A stretch of DNA of 44,451 bases from an uncultured Gammaproteobacteria bacterium (GCA_964599385.1 CAZREL010000001.1:1-44451), one strand, 5' to 3'; counted from the first letter of the stretch, positions 17,936-27,196 are shown. A program made the numbers and translations. Notes: generated by a model from the sequence alone, not told the origin.

Positions 17936-19489
17936 ATGAGCTCCTTACTTATCAAGATAAAAAATCATAAAACTCCGGTTTCCCGCTTTGCGGTTGTTTT
18001 ATTCTTTTCTTTAGTATCCTGTTTATCTCCTTTATATCAAGTGCGAGCCGCTTCTTTATCGGGCCGCATTCTTTTGCAAGTCGAATCGCACGGGGAGGCT
18101 TGGTATGTTAATCCGACAGACGGCAAACGCTACTATATGGGCCGTCCGGATGACGCCTTTGCTTTAATGCGTTCTTTCGGTCTTGGTGCCAGTGACGGCG
18201 ATATCGGTTCTTATCAAATTTCCAAAGCGCCAAGCCGTTTATCCGGCCGCATTCTTTTGCAGGTTCAAGATAAAGGACAGGCTTTTTATATTTATCCTCT
18301 TGACCTGAAGCTCTATTATTTGGGTCGTCCCAGCGACGCGTTCAGCGTCATGCGCGCCTTGGGTTTGGGGATTTCCAATACTGATTTAGCAAAAATTTCC
18401 GTCGGGTCGTCTTCAAAGACCCCAAGTTCTTCAATTTCCGCACCAGCTGCAACTCCGATTGCAAGCCCGGTAACTCCAAATACTTCCGGACAGAGTTATG
18501 ATAAAGTTTTTGAATTTAAATATAAAAATGATAATCGCGTCATAGCGCAAACCTTATATAAATCTTTTTACGACGCCTACGCCGCTTCACCTAAAACCTA
18601 TTCTTATCCGAACGGTTCTGATGTTTCTGCAGCCAGAAATTCTTTTTATGGAATTTTTTTAAATTTAAAAAATGGCGATACTTCAGTAGATGAAATAATT
18701 TATAAGTTAAAAGCGACAGCCAATTCTCAGGCCTGGTCCGAAGATGAATTATTGGAATCGGCTATGGCTTTAGTCCAATTCATTCCTTATGATAATGATA
18801 AAGCGGCCAATGCTTCAAATAATGTTAATCCTTATTACCCTTATGAAACTTTGTATTTAAATCGCGGTGTTTGTTCCGATAAAACTTTTTTGTCTATTGT
18901 TATTTTGCGTAAGCTTGGTTACGGAGCGGCGATTTTTGATTTTCCGGATTCCAATCATTCCGCTGCCGCTGTTTCTTGTCCGGTAGAATATTCGATTGCT
19001 TCATCCGGGTATTGTTATATTGAAACAACGAACTATTTTCCAGTCGGCGTTGTTCCGAAAACTTTAAGCGCCGGTATTGCCACTGAAAGTCAAAATGATT
19101 TTGAAAATCTTTTCAATGCTTCTCGTCTCGGTAAGTTGGAAATTTATCAAAAGACAACCGGGAAGAGCTATCAGCGCATCAGCCAAACCCTTGCCAATGT
19201 CAATGAAATGAATCGTTTGAGCAAAGAGATAGCTTCCGGAACGGCGGCCATATCAACTCTTGAATTAGCTTTAAAAACCAAAGAATCAGAAGCCTCCACT
19301 ATGAAGTCTGAGATGGATACGTACTTTGCCGCCGGACAAATCAGCAAATACAATTCCATGGTGCCGGCCTATAATGCTTTAATTGTTCAATATAACGCAA
19401 ATTTGACTGAATACAAAGAAAAAATTGATGTTTTTAATGCCCAAATCAACACCTTTAATCAAATGGTGCGCGATTTTTACCAGAAATAG
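17936..19489 (+). CDS. Secreted protein: tandem 61-aa repeat domain, transglutaminase-like Cys-protease core, C-terminal coiled coil
   Basis: I prefer ATG 17936, which avoids overlap with the upstream gene. Signal-anchor FAVVLFFSLVSCLSPL. Two copies of SGRILLQV..G.A.Y..P...K.YY.GRP.DAF..MR..GLG. Core residues GVCSDKT...NHSAAAV...CYIETT. Confidence 0.6.
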   Translation: MSSLLIKIKNHKTPVSRFAVVLFFSLVSCLSPLYQVRAASLSGRILLQVESHGEAWYVNPTDGKRYYMGRPDDAFALMRSFGLGASDGDIGSYQISKAPSRLSGRILLQVQDKGQAFYIYPLDLKLYYLGRPSDAFSVMRALGLGISNTDLAKISVGSSSKTPSSSISAPAATPIASPVTPNTSGQSYDKVFEFKYKNDNRVIAQTLYKSFYDAYAASPKTYSYPNGSDVSAARNSFYGIFLNLKNGDTSVDEIIYKLKATANSQAWSEDELLESAMALVQFIPYDNDKAANASNNVNPYYPYETLYLNRGVCSDKTFLSIVILRKLGYGAAIFDFPDSNHSAAAVSCPVEYSIASSGYCYIETTNYFPVGVVPKTLSAGIATESQNDFENLFNASRLGKLEIYQKTTGKSYQRISQTLANVNEMNRLSKEIASGTAAISTLELALKTKESEASTMKSEMDTYFAAGQISKYNSMVPAYNALIVQYNANLTEYKEKIDVFNAQINTFNQMVRDFYQK

Positions 19490-19497
19490 CCAAAACC

Positions 19498-19524
19498 TTG
19501 ACGGAAGCGGGAATTTAGTATAAT
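19498..19524 (+). promoter_or_regulatory. Candidate promoter of the rpsB-tsf operon
   Basis: TTGACG (19498-19503), a 15-nt spacer, then TATAAT (19519-19524). The spacer is shorter than optimal. Confidence 0.35.
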
Positions 19525-19653
19525 ATTAGCTTGTTAGAATTTAATAAATTATCATACTCCTTTGGATAACAAGCTCCGGCCTAACCGGGGTTTTTAGTCC
19601 AATTTTTCTTCCCTTTATAGGGGGCGGGAGTAGATGCTAAAAAGAAAAACAAT

Positions 19654-20352
19654 ATGATCAGTCTACCAAAAATCGAAGACATGTTAAAAGCCGGCATGCA
19701 CTTCGGCCATCGTACCAACAGATGGCACCCGAAAATGGAACAATACATTTTTGGTTCCAAAAATGGCATTTACGTTATTGATTTGCGCAAAAGCCGCGAG
19801 AAATTAAAAGAAGCTTTGGAGTTCATCCACAAGCTTGTTGCCGAAAATAAGAGCATTCTTTTTGTCGGCACCAAGAGCCAGGTTTCCGCTCCTTTAAAGA
19901 GAATGGCGGAAGAATCCGGACAAGCCTATGTCGTTGGTAAATGGCTCGGCGGTTTTATTACAAACTTCGCCGTTATTAAAAAATCTGTTAAAAAGTATAC
20001 CGACTTAATCGAAAAGAAAGAAGCCGGTAAACTTGATAAATATACCAAGAAAGAACGTCTTGATTTCGATCGTGAAATTAAGAAACTCGAAACCCGCGTT
20101 GCCGGTTTAGTTTCTTTGAATAAGCTCCCCGATGCTTTATTCGTCTGGGATATAAAAGAAGAAGAAACCGCTATCCGTGAAGCACAGCAAAAGAATATTC
20201 CGATTATTGCTATCTGCGATACCAATGTTAACCCGGAAGAAGTCAGCTATCCGATTCCGGCTAATGATGACTCAACCAAGACAATTTCTTTGGTTCTTGA
20301 TTCTATCAAAGAAACCATTCTTTCCGCCAAGAAAGAAGCCGCTAAAGCTTAA
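19654..20352 (+). CDS. rpsB: 30S ribosomal protein S2
   Basis: MLKAGMHFGHRTNRWHPKM, IYVIDL, ILFVGTK and WLGGFITNF are all canonical S2 blocks. Confidence 0.95.
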   Translation: MISLPKIEDMLKAGMHFGHRTNRWHPKMEQYIFGSKNGIYVIDLRKSREKLKEALEFIHKLVAENKSILFVGTKSQVSAPLKRMAEESGQAYVVGKWLGGFITNFAVIKKSVKKYTDLIEKKEAGKLDKYTKKERLDFDREIKKLETRVAGLVSLNKLPDALFVWDIKEEETAIREAQQKNIPIIAICDTNVNPEEVSYPIPANDDSTKTISLVLDSIKETILSAKKEAAKA

Positions 20353-20406
20353 TATTTTTGAGCTTTCGCATTTTTTGTTCGTTTGATAAATAATTACAAT
20401 AAAAAT

Positions 20407-21210
20407 ATGGAACTCATAAAAAAACTTCGCGAGATGACCGGCGCCGGCATGGTTGATTGTCAAAAAGCTTTAAAAGAAGCTGACAATAACTTGGAAATGG
20501 CTGTAGAAATATTGCGTAAAAAGGGTATCGCTAAAGCTGCTAAGCGCGGCGATAGAGAAACCAATGAAGGCGTTATTAAGGTTGCCGTTAATGAAGCAAA
20601 AGATGAAGCCTATATTGTTGAACTTAATTCCGAGACCGATTTTGTTTCTCGAAACGAAAAATTTCAAGCTATGGCCGATGCTATCTTGGAAATCATAAAG
20701 ACTAAAAAGCCTGCTAACTTGGACGAACTTTTGGCTTTGCCAATGGCTGATGGCGTTAGCGTTAAAGACAGCTTAGATACTTTAAGCGGTACTATTGGAG
20801 AAAAAATGGGTATCAAGGATTTTGCTATTATCAGTGGCGCTACTTGTGCCGCCTACTCTCATCTCGGCGGTAAGATTGGCGTTTTGATCGCTCTTGATGC
20901 AGCCGGTAAAGATGAACTCGCCGCTGAACTTGCTATGCAAGTTGCCGCCGCCAGCCCTAAATATCTTTATTCTTCCGAAGTTCAAGCTGAGGACCTGGAG
21001 AAGGAAAAAGAAATTTATAAAGAACAGCTTTTGAAAGAAGGAAAGCCGGAAGCGATGATTGAAAAAATCGTTGAAGGCAAGATGGGCAAGTATTATTCCG
21101 AAGTTTGTCTTTTTGAGCAGGAATATATTAAAGACGATAAAAAGAAAGTTAAGGACATTTTGGGTGGAGTTAATATTCTTAAATTCGTCCGCTTTACTTT
21201 ATCTAACTAA
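20407..21210 (+). CDS. tsf: Elongation factor Ts
   Basis: MELIKKLREMTGAGMVDCQKAL UBA-like N-terminus. ELNSETDFVSRNEKF. Follows rpsB. I prefer ATG 20407 over TTG 20383. Confidence 0.9.
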   Translation: MELIKKLREMTGAGMVDCQKALKEADNNLEMAVEILRKKGIAKAAKRGDRETNEGVIKVAVNEAKDEAYIVELNSETDFVSRNEKFQAMADAILEIIKTKKPANLDELLALPMADGVSVKDSLDTLSGTIGEKMGIKDFAIISGATCAAYSHLGGKIGVLIALDAAGKDELAAELAMQVAAASPKYLYSSEVQAEDLEKEKEIYKEQLLKEGKPEAMIEKIVEGKMGKYYSEVCLFEQEYIKDDKKKVKDILGGVNILKFVRFTLSN

Positions 21211-21221
21211 GATCTTGTTAG

Positions 21222-22073
21222 ATGAAAATAGCTCAAGTACAATTTGCTTCTTGGGATAAGGTTTATGATTTCTCTTTAGGCGACGTTAAAGCCGCTAAGG
21301 ATGATTATGTTATAGTCGAAACGGAACTAGGCCAAGAACTTGGCCGGGTTTCTCGTATTCTGGAAGGACAGGGAAACCCCGATATCAAACCAATTATCCG
21401 CAAGGCTTCATATGACGATGTCGCCCGTTTAGCCGATGAGAATAAGAAAAAAGAAGCTCTTGATTTTTGCCACGAAATGGCTATTAAGCATGGCTTAAAC
21501 ATGAAGCTGATTGATGTTCATTTTTCTTTCTCCGGCAATCGTTTGAATTTTGCTTTTGTATCCGAGGGGCGAGTTGATTTTCGCGCCTTGGTTAAGGATT
21601 TGGCCGGTAGATTTAACGCTAACATTCGCTTAACCCAGATTGGCACCAGAGATGAGGCTAAGATGTGCGGTGATTGCGGTCCTTGCGGACGCGGTTTATG
21701 TTGTCGGGAATTCTTATGTGATTTTTCTTCCATAACTTCCGAAATGGCCGAAGCGCAGCAAGTCGTTCATCGCGGCAGCGAAAGAATTTCCGGTATGTGC
21801 GGACGATTGATGTGCTGTCTATCCTATGAGTATGTCGGCTATAAAGAAATGGACGGGGAACTTCCGCCAATTGGAACTAAAATGAATATTAATGGCGCGG
21901 AAGGAACTGTTATCGGCCATAATATTTTGAAACAAACTGTTAACGTCAGAATAAATCCCGATAAAGAAAATGACCGCCCGGTAATAATTGAATTTGATTC
22001 TAAACGCAAGGGCTGTGATAAATCCGATTCTCCAAGACGCCAGCGCAGCCGGAGAAAAGGCAATAAAAAATAA
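21222..22073 (+). CDS. PSP1 domain protein (YaaT/RicT-like)
   Basis: 283 aa. PSP1 C-terminal core with a Cys cluster (CGDCGPCGRGLCCREFL ... GMCGRLMCCLSYE). Confidence 0.8.
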   Translation: MKIAQVQFASWDKVYDFSLGDVKAAKDDYVIVETELGQELGRVSRILEGQGNPDIKPIIRKASYDDVARLADENKKKEALDFCHEMAIKHGLNMKLIDVHFSFSGNRLNFAFVSEGRVDFRALVKDLAGRFNANIRLTQIGTRDEAKMCGDCGPCGRGLCCREFLCDFSSITSEMAEAQQVVHRGSERISGMCGRLMCCLSYEYVGYKEMDGELPPIGTKMNINGAEGTVIGHNILKQTVNVRINPDKENDRPVIIEFDSKRKGCDKSDSPRRQRSRRKGNKK

Positions 22074-22088
22074 ACTCGAAACAGTAAC

Positions 22089-22117
22089 AAAAAATCGGCT
22101 TTCCGGCCGATTTTTTT
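22089..22117. terminator. Bidirectional terminator between convergent genes
   Basis: AAAAAATCGGC-tttccg-GCCGATTTTTT: a perfect stem with an A-run and a T-run on either side. Confidence 0.7.
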
Positions 22118-22144
22118 GTTTTATAAAGCTTTTTAAATTTGGAT

Positions 22145-24568
22145 TTATTCCATTTTATAACGGTAAATACGTTCTCCGTCCAATAAATATACTTGATTCT
22201 CTTTTTCGTTTATGGAGAAATCTTTAATGTTATTGGTTGTTTCAAAAATATATTGGGCAATTAAAGATCCTTTGGTTATGTCAATAACCGCCAGGCGTTT
22301 GCCGGTTTGATCCAATATGTACAGTCTATTGGCTGTTCCAATCATTTTTTGGAATTCACCGAGTTTCGGCTCGAGCGCCGGGGCGCTGTACGATTCTTTT
22401 TTTCCGAGACCATATTTGTCGATTCGTCCGTCAGTGTTTAGAATAAAGATATTGTTGTCGACAAAAATACTTTTTGCCTGGCTTAAATCGGCGTTTTCTT
22501 TTAGCCAAGAGATGGTATTAGTATAAGAAGGGGGGTCTTTTCTGATTATTTCATTTTTATCTTTATTTAATAGGTATAATCTATTAGCGTAAATGTTGAA
22601 AGCTTGGTAAGAGGTGTTTTCATCAAGGCCTTTTACTTCAATAATGTTTTCTTTGCCGTTATTGGTATCAAATTTTGCCAATTTATTTCCTTTTAACAGA
22701 TAAATGGTGTTTTTATCGTCGTATTGAATACCGTATCCGGAGTAATCGTTTTTTAGAGAATACTCTGAGTTGTTTTTATCTTTTATGTTTAATGAGTAGG
22801 CTTTATCACTTGAGAAGGCGAATATCTTGTCTCCGGCTAATCTGAATCCAAATGGCGCTTTACCGCTTAGATCAAAAATTTCTTCCGATTGATTTAAACG
22901 TTTAATGCGATAAACTTTTTCTTGTTCGGCATCAAGCTTGCTCAATAATTCGGTATAAGCCGCGATTTGTTCATTAGTTTTTTGCGGTAATTTAGAGAGG
23001 TTCTCTCTGGCTTCATTCAATATTGATTTCGCTCCTTCGGTATCGTCGTATAAGAGGCGCATATTTATGGCCGCCTCCTTGTTTTCTATTTCTTGGGCTA
23101 ATCGAGCAAATTCCTCTTTGATGGCTTTATTTTTATTATTTACCGCCGTGAACCAGATGCTGGCGATTAAAATTACGGAAAGACCCGCCAGAATGCCGGC
23201 TGCCATTCTTTTTCTGCCGGAGCCGCCGCTGAAGGCATTTTTGAAAAACAAAGGAATAAAGGCAAATGGTTTGATTATTTTTGATATCTTAAAGCCTTGT
23301 CCCGGTATTTTTGTCATGGAAATAGCCGAACTGTCCGGGCGAAAAAATCTTTTTTCGACGCTAACCGTTTTGATAGAGCTTATTTCCGGTATGCTTGTTT
23401 TTTCTATGGCGTTATCAATAATTTCTTCTATCTGAGTTTCTTCTATAATTTCTTCGACAATTTCTTCACTTATTTCATTTTCAGGTGATTCTGCTTCAAA
23501 CTCTTCTTCCGTTTTCAGGTCGTTTGCAAGGCTTTCTTCAATCTGCATTTCCATTTCTTTTTCCGGCGCCTTTTCAATCTCTTCTTCTTCTTCTTCTTCT
23601 TCTTCTTCTTCGTAGTTTTTTGTTTTAACAAGTTTAAGATCTTTTTTAACGTTTTCTGTTTTGTCTTTAATGATGTCTTTCAAACCATTTTTAATACGAT
23701 TCCAGGTAAGCAGACCGCTTGAAGAAAGCATTTCTTCCGTTCTTTTTTCCGTGTGGCTTAAAGAGGATGCTTGGCGATGCATGTATGGCATTTCTTCTAT
23801 TTCTTCCAAAGCTTCAAGATTATCTATTTCCGAGGCGCTTTTAATGATTAAACCGAAAAAGGGAATAAAGCTGTTTATTTGCTCTAAAACATTTTTTAAT
23901 TGAGAGGCTGCCGTTAAAGGCGGCAGTTTGCTGATGATTGTTACCAATTCTTTTTCGCTTAAATATTCCGGTATCGATTCGCTGGTAAAAACAAAAAAGG
24001 CGTTGTTCGGTATTTCGCCGCTGATGATTGAAGAAAAAATCTTGGGTGTTTTTGGAACGCTGCGCCCATCTTCTAAAATTGCTTCCTCATCGTTCTTTTC
24101 AAAGGCGTTGGTTTCAACGTTAATCATTTCGTAGCCGGATTTCTGTTTGTAGATTAAAAGAGCGCGGTTTTTACCGAAGTTTGAAAAGTGTAATTTGTTT
24201 TCAAAAATAACTCCAACGCTTAAATTAACAGCTGAAGGCGAGAGTTTTATTTTTTCTTCCTCTAAAAAATCATTTAAAGCTAAGTTAGTTCTTGCCAGAG
24301 CCGCCTCAAAAATGTTTTCAACTTTTAACCCCTCGATTTTGTCTTTAAGAAGAATTTTTTCATCGTTATAGTAATTGTCCTCCAGGGCGGAAACAATGAA
24401 GTCGAATATTTTTTTCCATTCCGATTTTTTGCCGCCGGAAAATTCGGCTAACACAAAAATTTTGCCTGCCAGAGATTCTTTTAGGGCATCTGTTTGGGCG
24501 ACATAAATATCGCTCAAACCCTTGGAATTAGCGGAATTTATCAAAAAAGAAGATATCTTGTTTCGCAT
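22145..24568 (-). CDS. Large single-pass membrane protein (807 aa): degenerate PP2C-like N-domain, acidic linker, TM helix, coiled coil, beta-propeller-like C-domain
   Basis: I prefer ATG at 24568 (MRNKISSF...); the 110-codon upstream extension overlaps the divergent gene. TM helix MAAGILAGLSVILIASIWFTAV. The PP2C-like strand order LAEFSGG / FSNFGKNRALL / VFTSES lacks the metal-binding Asp residues. Confidence 0.6.
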   Translation of the reverse strand: MRNKISSFLINSANSKGLSDIYVAQTDALKESLAGKIFVLAEFSGGKKSEWKKIFDFIVSALEDNYYNDEKILLKDKIEGLKVENIFEAALARTNLALNDFLEEEKIKLSPSAVNLSVGVIFENKLHFSNFGKNRALLIYKQKSGYEMINVETNAFEKNDEEAILEDGRSVPKTPKIFSSIISGEIPNNAFFVFTSESIPEYLSEKELVTIISKLPPLTAASQLKNVLEQINSFIPFFGLIIKSASEIDNLEALEEIEEMPYMHRQASSLSHTEKRTEEMLSSSGLLTWNRIKNGLKDIIKDKTENVKKDLKLVKTKNYEEEEEEEEEEEIEKAPEKEMEMQIEESLANDLKTEEEFEAESPENEISEEIVEEIIEETQIEEIIDNAIEKTSIPEISSIKTVSVEKRFFRPDSSAISMTKIPGQGFKISKIIKPFAFIPLFFKNAFSGGSGRKRMAAGILAGLSVILIASIWFTAVNNKNKAIKEEFARLAQEIENKEAAINMRLLYDDTEGAKSILNEARENLSKLPQKTNEQIAAYTELLSKLDAEQEKVYRIKRLNQSEEIFDLSGKAPFGFRLAGDKIFAFSSDKAYSLNIKDKNNSEYSLKNDYSGYGIQYDDKNTIYLLKGNKLAKFDTNNGKENIIEVKGLDENTSYQAFNIYANRLYLLNKDKNEIIRKDPPSYTNTISWLKENADLSQAKSIFVDNNIFILNTDGRIDKYGLGKKESYSAPALEPKLGEFQKMIGTANRLYILDQTGKRLAVIDITKGSLIAQYIFETTNNIKDFSINEKENQVYLLDGERIYRYKME
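23581..23611 (-). repeat. Perfect (GAA)10 trinucleotide microsatellite encoding Glu10
   Basis: The plus strand reads (CTT)10, which is ten consecutive in-frame GAA codons on the minus strand. Confidence 0.95.
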
Positions 24569-24650
24569 AGAAACAAAGGGCGTAATAATTGCCCTATTTG
24601 ATTGACTGTTTATATGGGATATTATACTATAAAATTGTAAATAAAGAAAT

Positions 24651-25304
24651 ATGTTGAGCTCTCTTTTAGGCTCGGAAAACAGGGTAAAAATATTTAAGAT
24701 TTTCTTCTCCGATCCGGATAGGTTTTTTTCGCTTGAAGAAATCGTTAAATTGGGTGAAGGGAAAATTCCATCTTTGTCCAAAGAGCTTGATAAGCTTGTT
24801 TCTGATGGTTTTCTGAAGCTTTTTGAAGAAGAGCCTGAAAAGGGGGAAGCCCACGATGTGTCGGTTGAAGAAAAGGGCAAGAAAGCCAAAAAGTCCAAGA
24901 CGGTGAAAAAAGTTATTAAAAAAGAGTTTAAAATAAAAAAATACCAAGCTAACAGCGAACATATTTTTTTTCCGGAAATTGCTTCAATTATTGCTAAGGA
25001 AGCTATTTTATCGATTAAAGATTTATTTTCTCAAATCAAGAAAGATTTTAATCCAAAAATGATGTTTTTGGCAGGGAAATTTGTTTCCGATGATTCTTTG
25101 CCGACCGATTTATTTATTGTCGGAACTCCGCCGCGCCGCGATATTTTAGCGGCTATCGCCAAGCTGGAAAAAAAGCTTGGTTATGAAATAAACTTCACCA
25201 TTATGAGCGAGCAGGAATTTGATTACCGCCGTGAAGTGGCTGACGTCTTTTTATTTAATGTTTTGGAAGCCAAGAAGATAGTTATTAGCGGCGATTTGCT
25301 GTAA
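24651..25304 (+). CDS. Putative winged-helix DNA-binding protein (217 aa)
   Basis: The N-terminus LLGSENRVKIFKIFFSDPDRFFSLEEIVKLGEGKIPSLSKELDKLVSDGFL looks ArsR/MarR-like wHTH. It is followed by a basic linker and a C-terminal domain of unknown function. Confidence 0.5.
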   Translation: MLSSLLGSENRVKIFKIFFSDPDRFFSLEEIVKLGEGKIPSLSKELDKLVSDGFLKLFEEEPEKGEAHDVSVEEKGKKAKKSKTVKKVIKKEFKIKKYQANSEHIFFPEIASIIAKEAILSIKDLFSQIKKDFNPKMMFLAGKFVSDDSLPTDLFIVGTPPRRDILAAIAKLEKKLGYEINFTIMSEQEFDYRREVADVFLFNVLEAKKIVISGDLL

Positions 25305-25315
25305 TTTTTATTTTT

Positions 25316-27196
25316 ATGTTAAAAATGAAAATTGGAAAGCCGATAAAAATATTTGTTTCCGTTTTAAAATACGGACTACTGTCTTTATTGGTTATTTTTA
25401 TTTTGTCCATTGCTTCTCTGGTTTTTTCTTTTTCTGATCTAAAAAATGCCGCTTATAAGGCTTATTCCGGCAAGTCTGAACTGGAACAAGCAGTTGTAAA
25501 TATTAAGGGCGGGCGTTTAAATGACGCAGCTGATTATGCCGATAGGGCGCAGAGCGCTTTTGCTTCATCCTTGGAGAGTTTGGAAAAAATAGAAGAGAAT
25601 CCGGCGCCGCGCTTTATACCGATTATCAGGCATCAATTTGAAGACATAATTTATTTGGCTCGTACAGGAGAAATTATAAGCCGTTCTATCCAAAAAGCTG
25701 TGCCAATTGTGTCCGGTTTTTCTGAAGCTTTGGGTGGAAAGAATAATTTTTCTTCTTTAAGTGAAAATGAGAAGCAGGCTTTTTTAAAACTTCTTTATGA
25801 ATCAGAACCCGAGCTCAAGGGTCTGCAGGCTAATCTGGAATTAGCTTTGCTTGACGTAAATAAAATTAGAAAAATAGGCGTTTTGTTTTTTTTGCGTGAT
25901 CAGGTTATTGATTTAAAAGCCGAACTCGAGGAAGCGCTTGATTTGGTGTCGCGCATTCCGGCTATGAGTAAAATATTGCCTGCTTTGGCCGGTTATCCCG
26001 AATCGGGTCGATTTTTAATAATTATGCAAAATAACGATGAACTACGTCCGTCCGGCGGGTTTATCGGCTTATTCGGTTTAATGGAGACAAAAGGCGGGGA
26101 AATTATTTCCTTGACGACTCATGATAGTTATCATTTGGATATGCCGGCTTATTTGAGCCCGAATTGGACGAAAACTGCCCCGGCGCCTTTGGCTAAATAT
26201 CTTGAAGTTGAAAAATGGTATTTGCGCGATGCTAACTGGTCGCCTGATTGGCCGACCAGCGCGAAAAATATTTTAGAAATTTATAATGGGGAAAAAACCG
26301 CTATTGGCGAAAACGCTGATAATTTTAATGGCGTTATTGCGATTAATCCTGATTTTATTGCCGAGTTAATTGATTTGGCCGGTCCGGTTGTTGTGCGCGG
26401 TGAAACTTACACTTCGGAAAATTTTCAAGAGCTTTTGCAATATAACGTGGAGATGGCTTATAAGGAAAAAGATATTTCTTCTTGGGACAGAAAAGAAGTT
26501 GTTGGGGATATAGTTTCCGCTTTAAAAGAGAATCTTTTCAGTTTGCCAAGCAATCGTTTTCCGGAATTTGTAAATATAATTTCTCGCCATGTTGAAAACA
26601 GAAATATTCAACTTTATTTCACTAACAATCGCTTGCAGGATTTAGCTCTTTCATCCGGTTTGGCCGGAGAGATAAAATCAATTCCGTCATCCGATTATTT
26701 GAGTGTTGTTGATGCTAATTTAGGTGCTTTTAAAAGCGATTCAGTGGTTGATAAGAATTTTAGTTATGAGGTTTCACCTGATAAATCTTTTTTGCGCTTA
26801 GATTATAAACATAACGGTGGTTTCGATTGGCGCACTACCAGGTATCGCAGTTACACTCGCGTTTATGTACCTCTCGGTTCATCATTAGAGAAGCTTGAAG
26901 CTTATGGCCGAGCTAATTTGGAGGGATCTTCTGTTGTTTCCTATGACGATGAAAAGTTGAATAAAACCGTTTTTGCTTTTTTCTTTTCCGTTGAGCCGGG
27001 AACCAGTGGCGGCTTGGAGTTGAACTATTCATTGCCGAAAAATTTATCACAGGCAATCAAGGACGGCGGTTATGAGCTGTTGGCGCAAAAGCAATCAGGG
27101 CAAAGATTGCAGAACTTTAATTTCCGCCTGTCATCCGGTAAAAAAATTATAAAAGAAGGGAATTATCAGTTAAAAAATGAGCTGATTATTAAATAA
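25316..27196 (+). CDS. DUF4012 domain membrane-anchored protein
   Basis: 626 aa. N-terminal TM helix. The central LRPSGGFIGLFGLMETKGGEI block is characteristic of DUF4012. Confidence 0.65.
   Translation: MLKMKIGKPIKIFVSVLKYGLLSLLVIFILSIASLVFSFSDLKNAAYKAYSGKSELEQAVVNIKGGRLNDAADYADRAQSAFASSLESLEKIEENPAPRFIPIIRHQFEDIIYLARTGEIISRSIQKAVPIVSGFSEALGGKNNFSSLSENEKQAFLKLLYESEPELKGLQANLELALLDVNKIRKIGVLFFLRDQVIDLKAELEEALDLVSRIPAMSKILPALAGYPESGRFLIIMQNNDELRPSGGFIGLFGLMETKGGEIISLTTHDSYHLDMPAYLSPNWTKTAPAPLAKYLEVEKWYLRDANWSPDWPTSAKNILEIYNGEKTAIGENADNFNGVIAINPDFIAELIDLAGPVVVRGETYTSENFQELLQYNVEMAYKEKDISSWDRKEVVGDIVSALKENLFSLPSNRFPEFVNIISRHVENRNIQLYFTNNRLQDLALSSGLAGEIKSIPSSDYLSVVDANLGAFKSDSVVDKNFSYEVSPDKSFLRLDYKHNGGFDWRTTRYRSYTRVYVPLGSSLEKLEAYGRANLEGSSVVSYDDEKLNKTVFAFFFSVEPGTSGGLELNYSLPKNLSQAIKDGGYELLAQKQSGQRLQNFNFRLSSGKKIIKEGNYQLKNELIIK

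Noticed and set aside
19634-19657. 7-codon uORF (MLKKKTI) preceded by GGGAG, whose TGA stop overlaps the rpsB ATG (ATGA); possible translational coupling.
   Set aside because: The SD-to-ATG spacing is only 3 nt. The organism appears largely SD-independent. The uORF would use the otherwise absent TGA stop. It is most likely a chance feature.
24569-24898. The N-terminal 110-codon extension of the 917-aa ORF given in the ORF track (22145-24898, minus strand).
   Set aside because: The extension is Ser-rich low complexity and overlaps the well-formed divergent gene starting at 24651. The internal ATG at 24568 (MRNKISSF...) leaves a normal 82-bp divergent promoter region.
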